64,000 bases of DNA, from positions 35,028 to 99,027 of the forward strand of contig CAVRYA010000002.1 of NCBI GenBank assembly GCA_963725315.1. The letters run 5' to 3'. Origin of the DNA: an uncultured Actinomycetes bacterium (GTDB lineage: Bacteria > Actinomycetota > Thermoleophilia > Solirubrobacterales > 70-9). Shown here piece after piece: positions 9,060 through 18,408 of this stretch (the first letter of the stretch is position 1; every line of letters begins with the position of its first letter). A program made the position numbers and the translations under genes. Under the pieces are notes generated by a model. The model made no database searches. It saw only the letters and a program-made list of their open reading frames with translations, and was not told the origin of the DNA.

Positions 9060-9503
9060 TCAGGTGGTCTTGACGACCAGCACCGAGCAGTCGGCCTTGT
9101 GAGTGACCGTGTTGGGGACGCTGCCGAGGACGCGGCGCTTCATTCCCCTATTGCCGATCACCAGCAGGTCGGCTCCGCAATCCGCGGCGAGGCGTACCAG
9201 CACCTCGGCGGGGTCACCGCCCTCGGCGCGCGACTCGCACTCGATCCCGGCCTCGCGGAGCTGCTCCTCGTTTCGCTCGAGGATCTCCCTCATCCGCGCC
9301 GAGGAGTTGGTCGCCCACTGAAGCTCGACCTCGGAGTCCGGCACAGCGGGGCGCTTGGAGTCTTCGAAGGCGCTCAGCAGCACCAGCTTCGCGCCGAAGC
9401 GCCTGGCGATCTCGGCCGCCTCGCCGACCGCCTTGCCGGCGGTCTCGGACCCGTCAGTGCCGACGGCAACGGTGGAGAGCATGGCCACGGCAGTATCCCC
9501 CAA
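9060..9503 (-). CDS. Universal stress protein (UspA family)
   Basis: Intact 147-aa ORF. AVGTDGSETAGKAVGEAAEIARRFGAKLVLLSAF ... DLLVIGNRGMKRRVLGSVPNTVTHKADCSVLVVKT includes the Usp ATP-binding G-x2-G-x9-G-S context. Confidence 0.85.
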   Translation of the reverse strand: MGDTAVAMLSTVAVGTDGSETAGKAVGEAAEIARRFGAKLVLLSAFEDSKRPAVPDSEVELQWATNSSARMREILERNEEQLREAGIECESRAEGGDPAEVLVRLAADCGADLLVIGNRGMKRRVLGSVPNTVTHKADCSVLVVKTT

Positions 9504-9520
9504 AATGAGCGGCCGATGCG

Positions 9521-9800
9521 ATGAGCGATCAGACCATTCGCCGCAGGGCGATCATCCACGGAGCCGTCCAGGGAGTCTTCTTCCGCGACTCGCTGCGCCG
9601 CGCCGCGATCGCCCGCGGCGTATCGGGTTCGGCCGTCAACCGAGCCGACGGGAACCGTCGAGGCCGTGCTCGAGGGACCTCCCGATGCGGTCGAGGCGCT
9701 GCTCGAGATCTGCCGCAGCGGGCCTCCCGCGGCTCGGGTCGACCGGGTCGAGGTCAGCGAAGAGCAGCCCCGCGGGGAGAGCGGCTTCCGGACCGGCTAG
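9521..9800 (+). pseudogene. acyP: Acylphosphatase, one frame switch as assembled
   Basis: The N-part [26 protein letters not shown] is in frame 2. The continuation [38 protein letters not shown]...stop (TAG 9798-9800) is in frame 0, with the switch near 9650. Total length is 280 nt, which is not a multiple of 3. Confidence 0.7.
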
Positions 9801-11279
9801 CCCGCCTCGGAGTAGGCCGGCTCCCCCTCGGCCTCGGGCTGGCTTCGGCGCGCCCGCCGGCTTCGACTCGAGCACGGTCAGCGCGAGCACCAGGGCGGCG
9901 CCGACCAGGGCGGCGCCGACCAGGTAGGCGAGGTGATAGCCGGAGTTGAGCGCGACGGCGTGGGACTCGCCGGCGGCCTGGAGGCTGTCGGTGCGCTGCG
10001 TGGCGAGGGTGGCGAGCACAGCGAGGCCGATCGCCCCGCCGACCTGAACGCTGCTGTTGACCAGGCCGGAGGCGAGGCCCAGAGTCGCTCTGGGTGGCGC
10101 CCGACATCGCCAGGTTCATCAGCGAGGGGAAGCCGAGGCCGGCGCCGGCGCCGAGCAGGACCATCGGCGGCACCAGGTCGGTCGACGAAGTTGCCGTCCA
10201 CCGGGGTGCGGGCGAAGAGCAGCAGGCCGAGGCCGATCAGCACCAGGCTGGGGATCAGGGTGGCGCGGGGGCCGAAGCGCATCACCAGGCGATCGGAGAC
10301 GCGCAGCGACATCGCTCCCATGACGATCGTCGCCGGCAGGAAGGCGAGGCCGACGTCGAGCGGGTCGTAGCCGAGGATCTGCTGCATGTAGAGGGCGCCG
10401 AGGAAGAACATCCCGAACATCCCGGCGACCAGCAGCGCCTGGATCACGTTGCGCTCCGGCGACGTTGCGCGAGCGGAACAGCCGCAAGGGCATCAGCGGG
10501 TTGGGGATCCGCGCCTGCCGGAGCACGAAGGCCGACCAGCAGGGCCAGCGAGATCGCCGCCGAGGATCAGCGTGTGGGCCGAGATCCAGCCGTGTTCGGT
10601 GATCCCGAGGATCGTGTAGACGCCGAGCATCAGCCCGGACGGTGAGCAGCAGGGCGCCGGGGATGTCGGCGCCCGCACCGAGGCCGATGCCGCCGCGATC
10701 CTCGACCAGCCGGATGGCGAGGAAGGCGGTCGCGACGCCGATCGGCAGGTTGATGAAGAAGATCCAGTGCCAGCTGATCGCCTCGGTGACCACGCCCGCC
10801 GGCCAGCAGACCGATCGATCCTCCGGCGGAGGCGACGAAGCCGAAGACGCCGATCGCCTTCGCCTGGTCGGCCGGGCGCCGGGAACATGGTCACGATCAT
10901 CCCCAGGATCACCGCCGAGGTCAGCGCGCCGCCGACTCCCTGGACGAAGCGGGCGCCGATCAGCATCTCCTGGCTCTGCGAGACCCCGCAGAGGAGCGAG
11001 GCCGTGGTGAACACGGCGAGGCCGATCAGGAACACCCGCCGCTGGCCGATCAGGTCTCCGAGCCGGCCCGAGAGCAGCAGCAGCCCGCCGAAGGCGATCA
11101 GGTAGGCGTTGACCACCCAGGCGAGGCTGCTCTGCGAGAAGCCGAGGTCGTCCTTGATCGAGGGCAGGGCGACGTTGACGATCGTCGCGTCGACGACGAT
11201 CATCAGCATCCCCGTGCAGAGGACGTAGAGGGCGATCCAGCGCTTGCGGTCGCCGTCGGGTGTTTGGTTCGTGACTCAT
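9797..11279 (-). pseudogene. MFS drug:H+ antiporter (EmrB/QacA-like, 14-TM type), about nine frame switches as assembled
   Basis: Recognisable MFS pieces are scattered over all three minus frames. They include RWIALYVLCTGMLMIVVDATIVNVALPSIKDDLGFS..., GVVTEAISWHWIFFINLPIGVATAFLAIRLV, SGLMLGVYTILGITEHGW, FVLRQARIPNPLMPLRLFRSRNVA, IQALLVAGMFGMFFLGALYMQQILGYDPLDVGLAFLPATIVMG, PPMVLLGAGAGLGFPSLMNLAMSGA and LATLATQRTDSL...ALNSGYHLAYLVGAAL. Approximate switches are at 11255, 10870, 10800, 10640, 10540, 10450, 10180, 10085 and 9845. Confidence 0.7.
9891..9920. repeat. Perfect 15-bp tandem duplication inside the 3' part of the MFS gene
   Basis: CAGGGCGGCGCCGAC occurs twice back to back, followed by CAGG. 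On the minus strand this encodes LVGAA-LVGAA. Confidence 0.9.
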
Positions 11280-12224
11280 CGCCGAGCTGTCTCCGACTAC
11301 CCGCTCCGGACCGGTCCAATCAAGCCAGCGACCGTGCGGGTGTGCGGTGCCGACGCGCTCGCCGTCGATCTCCAGCGCGAAGAGGCCGTGCTCGCCGGTG
11401 TGCTCCGCGGTGACGTAGGTCGTCCGGCCGACGATCTCGCGCAGGCGCTCGGCGGCCCCCTCGGGGCAGGTAGGCGAGGACCGCGGTGTGGAAGACGACG
11501 ACCTGGGCGCCCGGCCGGCGCCTCGGCGATCAGCTCCGGTAGCAGCTCCAGCGCGTCGCCTTCGACCACCCGGGGCGGGTGCTCGCTCGGCGATCGCCAG
11601 GGCCGCGTCGAGCCGCTCAAGCCGCTCCGGCTGGTCGGCGAATGCGCAGGCCCGCAGCCACTCGTCGTCGCGGCAGGGCGACAGGTCGATGCCGACCCGC
11701 GAGTGCCGATCGGCGGGATCTGCAGCGGCGGCCGGCGCCCCGCAAGCTCGCAGGAGAGCGAGAGCACGGAGCCGGGTCCCCGGCGCGCCTCGCCGCAGAA
11801 GTCGTAGGCGTAGCGGTCGAGGTTGAGCAGCAGTCCCCGGCTCGCCCCGACCTCGATCAGCGCCAGCGGGCGGCCGTCCGAGGCGGCGGCGAGGCAGGGC
11901 AGCAGGTAGTTGCAGCGGGCCACCTCGTTGGTCTGGGTGCTGCGGGCGCGGATCGTCTCCAGCAGCGGCTCCGCGGTGGTCGCGGCAGTAGGCGAGCAGC
12001 GCCTCAGGGTCCGCCGGGAACGGCTCACCGGCTCGCCGGGTCTGCAGGTGGACGGCCGCCATCAGCAGCATCGGCCAGCGCTGGTCGGGCGTCGCCTCCA
12101 GCATCATCCCGGTGATCTCGGGGTCGCCGGCGACCCCGCCGGAGAGGCTGCGATAGAGCGGCGAGGGCGAGAACTCGGCGAATCCCCGGAAGCGGGCCTC
12201 GATCGTCTCGGTCTCGGTGGGCAT
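11276..12224 (-). pseudogene. DUF2332-family protein, at least five frame switches as assembled
   Basis: MPTETETIEARFRGFAEFSPSPLYRSLSGGVAGDPEI...WPMLLMAAVHLQ is in frame 2. EPLLETIRARSTQTNEVARCNYLLPCLAAASDGRPLALIEVGASRGLLLNLDRYAYDF is in frame 1. VGIDLSPCRDDEWLRACAFADQPERLERLDAALAIAE returns to frame 2, RVVEGDALELLPELIAEAP is in frame 1, and the tail PEGAAERLREIVGRTTYVTAEHTGEHGLFALEIDGERVGTAHPHGRWLDW is in frame 2. The stop is not resolved; an ATGA overlap with the MFS start is likely. Confidence 0.55.
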
Positions 12225-12769
12225 CCGCTTCAGGGTGGCAGATGGCCGCCGCCCGGACATCGATGGTGAGGCCGGCGGGAGCGGGCGGGCTAGCTGCGGG
12301 CGTCGGGGCTCCGGGGTATCGCCTGCAGCACCCTGCTCCCAGTGACTTGCGCCCCGGTCGCTCGGCCGCGGAGGGCAGGTGTCTCCGTGGCGGCCGGCGG
12401 CTCGATCGCCGCGGCAGCGAAGCTAGAGAGCCGGGCGGACGCCGCCGGCGACCAGCCGGGAACGAAAAAGCAACCGGGGGAAGCGCTCTTCGCCTGCCTC
12501 GAACGTAGCCTTCATCCGAACAAAGCTCGGTGCGCTTCCTGTCGAGTGAGTTGCGCCGCTTGGCTCTGCGGTGTCCCTCTCTCTCCCGGTTGCAGGGCCA
12601 ACCTAGCGCACGATCAGGCGATCCGCGACAGACCTCGGCGGACCGGTTGCCGCAAACTGCGCGGATTTCGTTTCCCCCGCCAGGGGCCGCGGCGTCTCGC
12701 ATTCCCTCGTCCAAGGTGGCCTGCCGATTTGCCCGGATCCGCAGGCGCGCGTATACGGTCGAGGCGACG

Positions 12770-14209
12770 ATGAGCACGGACCTCGAAGCGTCTCGTCGCA
12801 GGGCCCGCCGTAACGTCATCCTCACGGCGGCGATAGCCGGGCTGGGGGATTGCTGTTCGGCTACGACACCGGGATCATCGCCAGCGCCCTGCTGTTCATC
12901 AAGACCGACTTCGACCTCGGCAGCTTCGCCCAGGGGGTGGTCGTCGCCGCGGTCCCGGTCGGCGCGATCGGCGGCGCCGCCTTCGCCGGCCCGGCCGCCG
13001 ACACCTACGGGCGGCGGCGGATGATCCTGCTCGCGGCGACGGTCTTCTCGATCGGCGCGCTCGGCAGCGCCGCGGCGCCAAACACCGAGGTGCTGGTGAT
13101 CGCCCGGGTCGTGATCGGCGTCGCAATCGGCCTCGCCTCGGCGGCGGCGCCGGTCTACATCTCGGAGGTCGCACCGCCGGAGTCGCGAGGGCGGTTGGTG
13201 AGCTTCTTCCAGCTGGCGGTGACGGTCGGGATCCTGGTCGCCTACCTGGTCGGGCTCGCTTTCGACCCATCCGAGGGCTGGCGTTGGATGCTCGGGCTCG
13301 GGGTGGTCCCGGCGCTGGCCCTCGGCTTCGGCATGCTGCGGATGCCGCAGAGCCCGCGCTGGCTGGTGATGACCGGCGACGACTACGCGGCCCGCGCGAC
13401 CCTGGCCAAGATCCGCGTCGACGACCCGGACACGATCGACCGCGAGCTGGCCGAGATCAAGGAGAGCATCGACGACAAGCCGGGGGCTGGCACGAGCTGC
13501 TCGAGCCGCTGGTCAAAGCGGCGCTGGTGGTCGGCGTCGGTCTGGCGATCCTGCAGCAGGTCACCGGCATAAACACGGTGATCTACTACGCGCCGACGAT
13601 CGTCCAGTTCACCGGGGTCAACTCCAGCGCCGGGGCGATCATCGCCGCGATCGGGGTCGGCATCGTCAACGTCGGCATGACGGTCGTCGCCCTGCGCCTC
13701 CTCGACCGCGCAGGGCGACGGCCGCTGCTGCTGCTACGGGGTCGGCGGGATGAGCCTCTCGCTGTTCGCCCTCGGGGCGGCGTTCATCGGCGGAGGCGGC
13801 AGCACGATCGCCTCGATCGTGGCGATCGTCAGCCTGATGCTCTACGTCGCCGCCTTCGCGATCAGCCTCGGGCCGATCTTCTGGCTGCTCAACGCCGAGA
13901 TCTACCCGCTCAGCGTGCGCAGCAAGGCCGCCGGGATCGGGACGATGGCCAACTGGACCTTCAACTTCATCGTCTCGCTCACCTTCCTGCTGCTGATTAA
14001 CGGACTCGGGCGAACCGGGGCGTTCTGGCTCTACGCGGCGATCGGGCTGTTCACCCTGTGGTTCTGCTGGAAGTTCGTCCCGGAGACCAAGGACAAGCGC
14101 CTCGAGGACATCCAGGCCTTCTTCGAGGAGCGGGTGGCGGGCCGTCGCGGCGGCGCGAACCCGCGGGCGTCCGAGCGCCCGTCGCGCCGCGCCCGCGAAG
14201 CTAACCTGA
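12770..14209 (+). pseudogene. MFS sugar porter (sugar/inositol:H+ symporter family), three internal frame switches and no in-frame stop as assembled
   Basis: MSTDLEASRRRARRNVILTAAIAGLG is in frame 2. LLFGYDTGIIASALLFIK...PESRGRLVSFFQLAVTVGILVAY...MPQSPRWLV is in frame 1. GWHELLEPLVKAALVVGVGLAILQQVTGINTVIYYAPTI is in frame 0. MSLSLFALG...GPIFWLLNAEIYPLSVRSKAAGIGTMANW...KFVPETKDKRLEDIQ is back in frame 1. Two switches fall in G5 runs at 12844-12848 and 13482-13486, where one more G would restore the frame. The 3' end is approximate: TAA 14202 and TGA 14207 are in the other two frames. Confidence 0.75.
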
Positions 14210-14214
14210 GCCGA

Positions 14215-15134
14215 ATGCGAATCGACGAGATCCTCGCCACCCGCACGCCCGTCTTCTCGGTCGAGTTCTTCCCGCCGAAGACCGAGGAGGCGAAGGAGGA
14301 GCTGCTGGAGACCGCGCGCTCGCTGCGCGAGCTGGAGCCCGACTTCGTCTCGGTCACCTACGGCGCCGGCGGCTCCACCCGCGAGGGCACGGTCGAGATC
14401 ACCCGCACCCTGAAGGAGGAGCTCGGCCTCGAGGTGATGGCTCACCTGAGCTGCGTCGGGGAGACCCGGGAGGGCCTCGGCGCGACCCTCGACCGGATCG
14501 CCGAGGCGGGGATCGAGAACGTCTTCGCGCTGCGCGGCGATCCTCCCCGCGGCGAGGCCGACTTCGTGCAGCCCGAGGGCGGGCTCGGCAGCGCCGCCGA
14601 GCTCGCGGCGTTCATCACCGAGGGCTACGACTTCACGCTCGGCGGCGCCTGCTTCCCGGAGGTCCACCCCGAGGCCCCCGACCTCGATACCGACCTGCGC
14701 TACCTGAAGACCAAGGTCGACTCCGGCGCCCGCTTCCTGATCACCCAGCTCTTCTTCGACAACCAGGTCTATTTCGACTTCGTCGCCGCGGCCCGCGACC
14801 ACGGGATCGAGGTGCCGATCCTCGCCGGGGTGATTCCGGTCGCCAGCTTCGCCCAGACGAAGCGGATCTGCGAGCTCTGCGACGCCAGCATCCCCGATCG
14901 CCTCGAGACCGCGATGCTGGGCGCGGGCGGGGACCCGCAGGCGGAGTTCGAGCTCGGCGTCGCCTTCGCCGCCCAGCAGTGCGCCGAGCTGCTGATCGCC
15001 GGCGTCCCCGGGATCCACTTCTACGCGCTCAATCGGGCCCCGGCGACCCGCGCGGTGCTCGGCGCGCTGCGGGCTTCGCGTCCCTGGGAGCGGACCCGGG
15101 TGCGAGCCGTCGGAGCCGAGCCGGGCCTGACTAG
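14215..15134 (+). CDS. metF: Methylenetetrahydrofolate reductase; its own stop is not in frame as assembled
   Basis: From ATG 14215 the sequence reads MRIDEILATRTPVFSVEFFPPKTEEAKEELLETARSLRELEPDFVSVTYGAGGSTREGTVEITR...ARFLITQLFFD...GIHFYALNR, which is canonical MetF. The reading frame runs on into the next gene. TGA 15128 and TAG 15132 lie in the other two frames, so the 3' end is approximate. Confidence 0.8.
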
Positions 15135-15147
15135 ACTGCACCGGCTC

Positions 15148-15996
15148 ATGGGCGAGTTCAGATACGAGGGCTACAGGGTCAGCTACGACGAGTACGGCGC
15201 CGGTGACCGGGTGCTGGTCCTGATCCACGGCCTGCTGATGAGCCGGCACATGTTCGATCGCCTCGGCCCGGCGCTGGCTGAGCAGGGCAACCGGGTGATC
15301 GCTGTCGACCTGCTCGGCCATGGCCGCTCCGACCGCCCCGAGGACCTGCGCCTCTATTCGATGCCGCTGTTCGCGCGCCAGGTCGAGGCGCTGCTCGACC
15401 ACCTCGGGCTCGAGACGGCTGTGGTCGGCGGCACCTCGCTGGGCGCCAACGTCGCGCTCGAGTTCGCGACCCACTATCCCGACCGGGTCGAGGGCCTGTT
15501 CATCGAGATGCCGGTGCTCGACAATGCCCTGGCCGCGGTCGCGGGGCTGTTCGCGCCGCTGATGCTCGGGCTGCGGGTCGCCAGGCCGCTCTTCGAAGGG
15601 GTCTCCCGCCTCACCTCGCTGGTGCCGAGGAGCCACCCGCTGATCGATCTCGTGCTCGACGCCGTGCGGCAGCGCCCAGGGCCATCGCTGGCCGTCCTCG
15701 AGGGCCTGCTGCTGGGGGAGACCGCCCCCCATCGCGAGGAGCGGCGGCGGATCACCCAGCCGACCCTGATCGTCGGCCACCCCGCCGACCCGTTGCATCC
15801 GTTCAGCGACTCGGGGATGCTCGCCGAGGAGATACCCGCCGCCCGCCTGGTCGAGGCCGACACGATCCTCGAGTGGAGGATCAGTCCGGAGCGACTCGAC
15901 GACCAGCTGGCGTCCTTCCTCGAGGGGGTCTGGTCGGGCTCGGCGGCGGTGCGCGAGCGCCCCAAGCCCCGGATCGTCTCCGGCGGCGGCGCGTAG
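15148..15996 (+). CDS. Alpha/beta-fold hydrolase
   Basis: From ATG 15148 the sequence reads MGEFRYEGYRVSYDEYGAGDRVLVLIHGLLMSRHMFDRLGPALAEQGNRVIAVDLLGHGRSDRP...GGTSLGANVALEFA, with the nucleophile elbow G-x-S-x-G. Stop at 15994-15996. Confidence 0.8.
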   Translation: MGEFRYEGYRVSYDEYGAGDRVLVLIHGLLMSRHMFDRLGPALAEQGNRVIAVDLLGHGRSDRPEDLRLYSMPLFARQVEALLDHLGLETAVVGGTSLGANVALEFATHYPDRVEGLFIEMPVLDNALAAVAGLFAPLMLGLRVARPLFEGVSRLTSLVPRSHPLIDLVLDAVRQRPGPSLAVLEGLLLGETAPHREERRRITQPTLIVGHPADPLHPFSDSGMLAEEIPAARLVEADTILEWRISPERLDDQLASFLEGVWSGSAAVRERPKPRIVSGGGA

Positions 15997-16011
15997 GCGG
16001 CACCGGGTCCG

Positions 16012-16825
16012 ATGGCCAGCCGCAAGGAGGAGAAGGAGCGCCTGCGCCAGGCCCGCCTCGAGGCGGAGAAGCGCGAGACCTCGAGCCAGCGCCAGCGGCT
16101 GGTGCTCGGCTACGGGATTGCCGGGGTGCTGGCGATCGCCGTCCTGGTCGGGATCATCGTCGTCGTGTCCTCATCCGGAGGCGGTGGGGCCAGCGGAGAA
16201 GCACACATCAACCAGGTGACCGGGGCGACCAACGACGTCCCGGTCGACGACCGCACCGGCACGCCGCCTCCCCCGGTGAAGACCACCGACCTGAAGCTGG
16301 CGGCGAAGAAGGCCGGCTGCGTGCTGCGGCTGCAACCTCCGCGACGAGGGCCACGACCACGTCCCCCCGGGGACCACCGTCAAGTACGACACCAACCCGC
16401 CGACCTCCGGCGACCACGTCGAGCCTCCCGACCAGCAGGCCGACGGCGCCTACAGCGAGATGCCGGCGACAATCGACGTCGTCCACTCGCTCGAGCACGG
16501 GCGGCTGGAGATCCAGTACGACCCGACCCTGCCCGAGCGCGACCAGCTCGAGCTGAAGGGCCTCTACGACACGATGTACGCGGGGGCGCTCTTCTTCCCC
16601 AACCCGCAGATGCCCTACCAGGTAGCCGCGACGACCTGGACCAACCTGCTCGGCTGCAAGACCTACCGGGGAGCCGCGACCCTGGACGCGATCCGCGCCT
16701 TCGGCAAGGCGACCTGGGGGAAGTACGGGGGCGAGCCGGTGGAGGGGTTCGGCCCCCTGACCGGGCCGAAGCCCGACCAACCCCTCGCAGCAGTAGCCGC
16801 GGGATCCCCTCAGGGCGCTCTGTAG
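16012..16825 (+). pseudogene. DUF3105-domain membrane-anchored protein, one frame switch as assembled
   Basis: The N-part with TM segment LVLGYGIAGVLAIAVLVGIIVVV...KKAGCVL is in frame 1. The continuation NLRDEGHDHVPPGTTVKYDTNPPTSGDHVEPP...VVHSLEHGRLEIQYDP...TTWTNLLGC is in frame 2. The switch is near 16330. Confidence 0.65.
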
Positions 16826-17777
16826 GCGGGGAAGAAGCCGCCTGTCTCGCGGCCGGCGCTGAGCCGCTCATAGGCGGCCGGGTCGCCGACCAGCTCGGAG
16901 GTGTGCCAGGGCTGCTCGCGGTTGGCGAAGCCGCGCTTGAACTCCTCCAGGCGGTCGCCGGGTGCCAGGCCGCCGCCGAGGTTGAGCGGCAGGCCGAGCT
17001 CCGCGGCGAGCTCGCAGAGGGCCGCGACGACGTTCTTCATCGGCGAGTCGCGCAGCTGGGGGTCGGCGGTGCCGCTGAGGAAGTAGTGGAGCATCGCGTC
17101 GCTTCGGACCGCGACCGAGGCGGCGGCCACCGCCCCGCCGGGTTCGCGGGCCCAGGCCAGCCAGCTGCCGCCCGGAGGCGAGGATGCGGTCGAAGTAGGC
17201 GGGGCCGAAGAAGTAGCGCTGCGAGGCGCCGGCCCTGCGCATCGTCTGCTCGTATGCCTCGAGGAAGCCCCGTCGCTCTTCGGGCGTGCTCTGCGGTCCC
17301 GCGGTGACCGCCACCGCGTAGCCGCGCCTCAGGTTGCGGCGGATCTGCTGGCGGTCGCTCATCCGGCTCTTCGGCGGCAGATCGGGGTCGGCGATCTGCA
17401 CCACGCTTCGCTGCGTCGCGGAGCCGAGCGGAGGCTCGCCGAGCCGATGGCGGATGAAGACGCTGAGGAGCCCGGCGACCGAGAGGTCGAGCGCCGCCGG
17501 GTCGAGCGGGCGGGTCTGGGGCAGGGCCGGCGAAGCCCGGGTAGCCGTAGGGCGAGGCGGCGTCGGAGAGCGGCTCCCCCGGCACCCCGCTGACGATCAG
17601 CGGAGCAAGCAGCTCACCGCCCGAGTGGCGGATGCGCAGGGTGTGCGTGACTCCCTCCGCGTCGAGGAACTCGGGCGAGCGGAAGAACTCCTCCCCGGCG
17701 GCGGCCTCGCCGCGATCGGCGAGCAGCTCCGCCGAGGTCGCTCCGGCGCGCTCAGGCGGCTCCGCCGGCGCCGTCAC
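16810..17777 (-). pseudogene. FemAB-like / Acetyltransf_6 GNAT-fold protein, two frame switches as assembled
   Basis: GTG 17777 overlaps the upstream stop as GTGA. Pieces in order are FFRSPEFLDAEGVTHTLRIRHSGGELLAPLIVSGVPGEPLSDAASPYGYPGF, then SDRQQIRRNLRRGYAVAVTAGPQSTPEERRGFLEAYEQTMRRAGASQRYFFGPAYFDRIL, then AAASVAVRSDAMLHYFLSGTADPQLRDSPMKNVV...GGLAPGDRLEEFKRGFANRE. Switches are near 17520 and 17150. Confidence 0.6.
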
Positions 17778-18316
17778 TCGAGCAGGTCCGCGGCCGCGGC
17801 CCGGAACTCGTCCGGGAGGACTCCCCAGACCTCGCAGTCGGCGAGCTCGCCGTCGCGCCGCAGGTGCGAGCGCATCGTCCCCTCGTGGCGCCAGCCGAGG
17901 CTGGTCACGACCCGCTTTGCCGCCTCGTTGAAGGCGGGGATGCGACCGTAGACGCGGTGGGCGCCGAACTCGTCGAAGGCCTTGGCGATGGTCAGCGCCT
18001 CGGCGCGGCGGCCGACCCCCTTGCCGCGGACGTCGTCCCCGATCAGGGCGCCCAACTCCGGTGCGGTCTGGCGCTCGAGGCCGTAGAGGGCGGTGAAGCC
18101 GACCGGCTCGGCGTGGCCCTCGACCACGATCGCGTACTTGCGGTCCTCGCCTTCGGACTTGGCCGCCCTCGCAACCCAGGCCCGCGCCTGCTCCTCGGAG
18201 AAGGACGGCCGCTGCTCCATCAGGGTCCGCGTCGCCTCGGGGTTGTTGAACCAGCGATGGACCGCGGCGGCGTCGCCGGGCTCGAAACGGCGCAGGCTGA
18301 CGGCCGGCTCGCTCAT
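17774..18316 (-). CDS. GNAT-family N-acetyltransferase (RimJ/RimL-like)
   Basis: Intact 180-aa ORF. LRRFEPGDAAAVHRWFNNPEATR ... IGDDVRGKGVGRRAEALTIAKAFDEFGAHRVYGRIPAFNEAAKRVVTSLGWRHEG contains the acetyl-CoA motif R/Q-x-x-G-x-G/A. Confidence 0.85.
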   Translation of the reverse strand: MSEPAVSLRRFEPGDAAAVHRWFNNPEATRTLMEQRPSFSEEQARAWVARAAKSEGEDRKYAIVVEGHAEPVGFTALYGLERQTAPELGALIGDDVRGKGVGRRAEALTIAKAFDEFGAHRVYGRIPAFNEAAKRVVTSLGWRHEGTMRSHLRRDGELADCEVWGVLPDEFRAAAADLLE

Positions 18317-18408
18317 CCGCGCCAGACCCTAAATGAGAGGGCGCCGGGCCGAACTGCACGTTGCGTGCCCATTGGGGCCCCAACCTTGCGTTCGGCCTCA
18401 TGCCGGGG

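Noticed and set aside
10119-12260. A 713-aa minus-strand ORF spanning the DUF2332 and MFS loci
   Set aside because: Only short islands of it match either family. The rest is Arg/Pro/Ala-rich nonsense produced by reading the wrong frame between indels. It is not a fusion gene.
13666-15798. A 710-aa antisense ORF opposite metF and the hydrolase. Similar long shadows occur at 640-1794 (+), 27153-29141 (+), 27199-29241 (-), 40759-42246 (+), 22824-24317 (+) and 43006-44742 (+)
   Set aside because: All are opposite to, or off-frame from, genes with unmistakable family signatures. They have Arg/Gly/Pro/Asp-dominated low-information composition and no recognisable motifs. These are typical stop-poor shadow frames of about 70 % G+C DNA.
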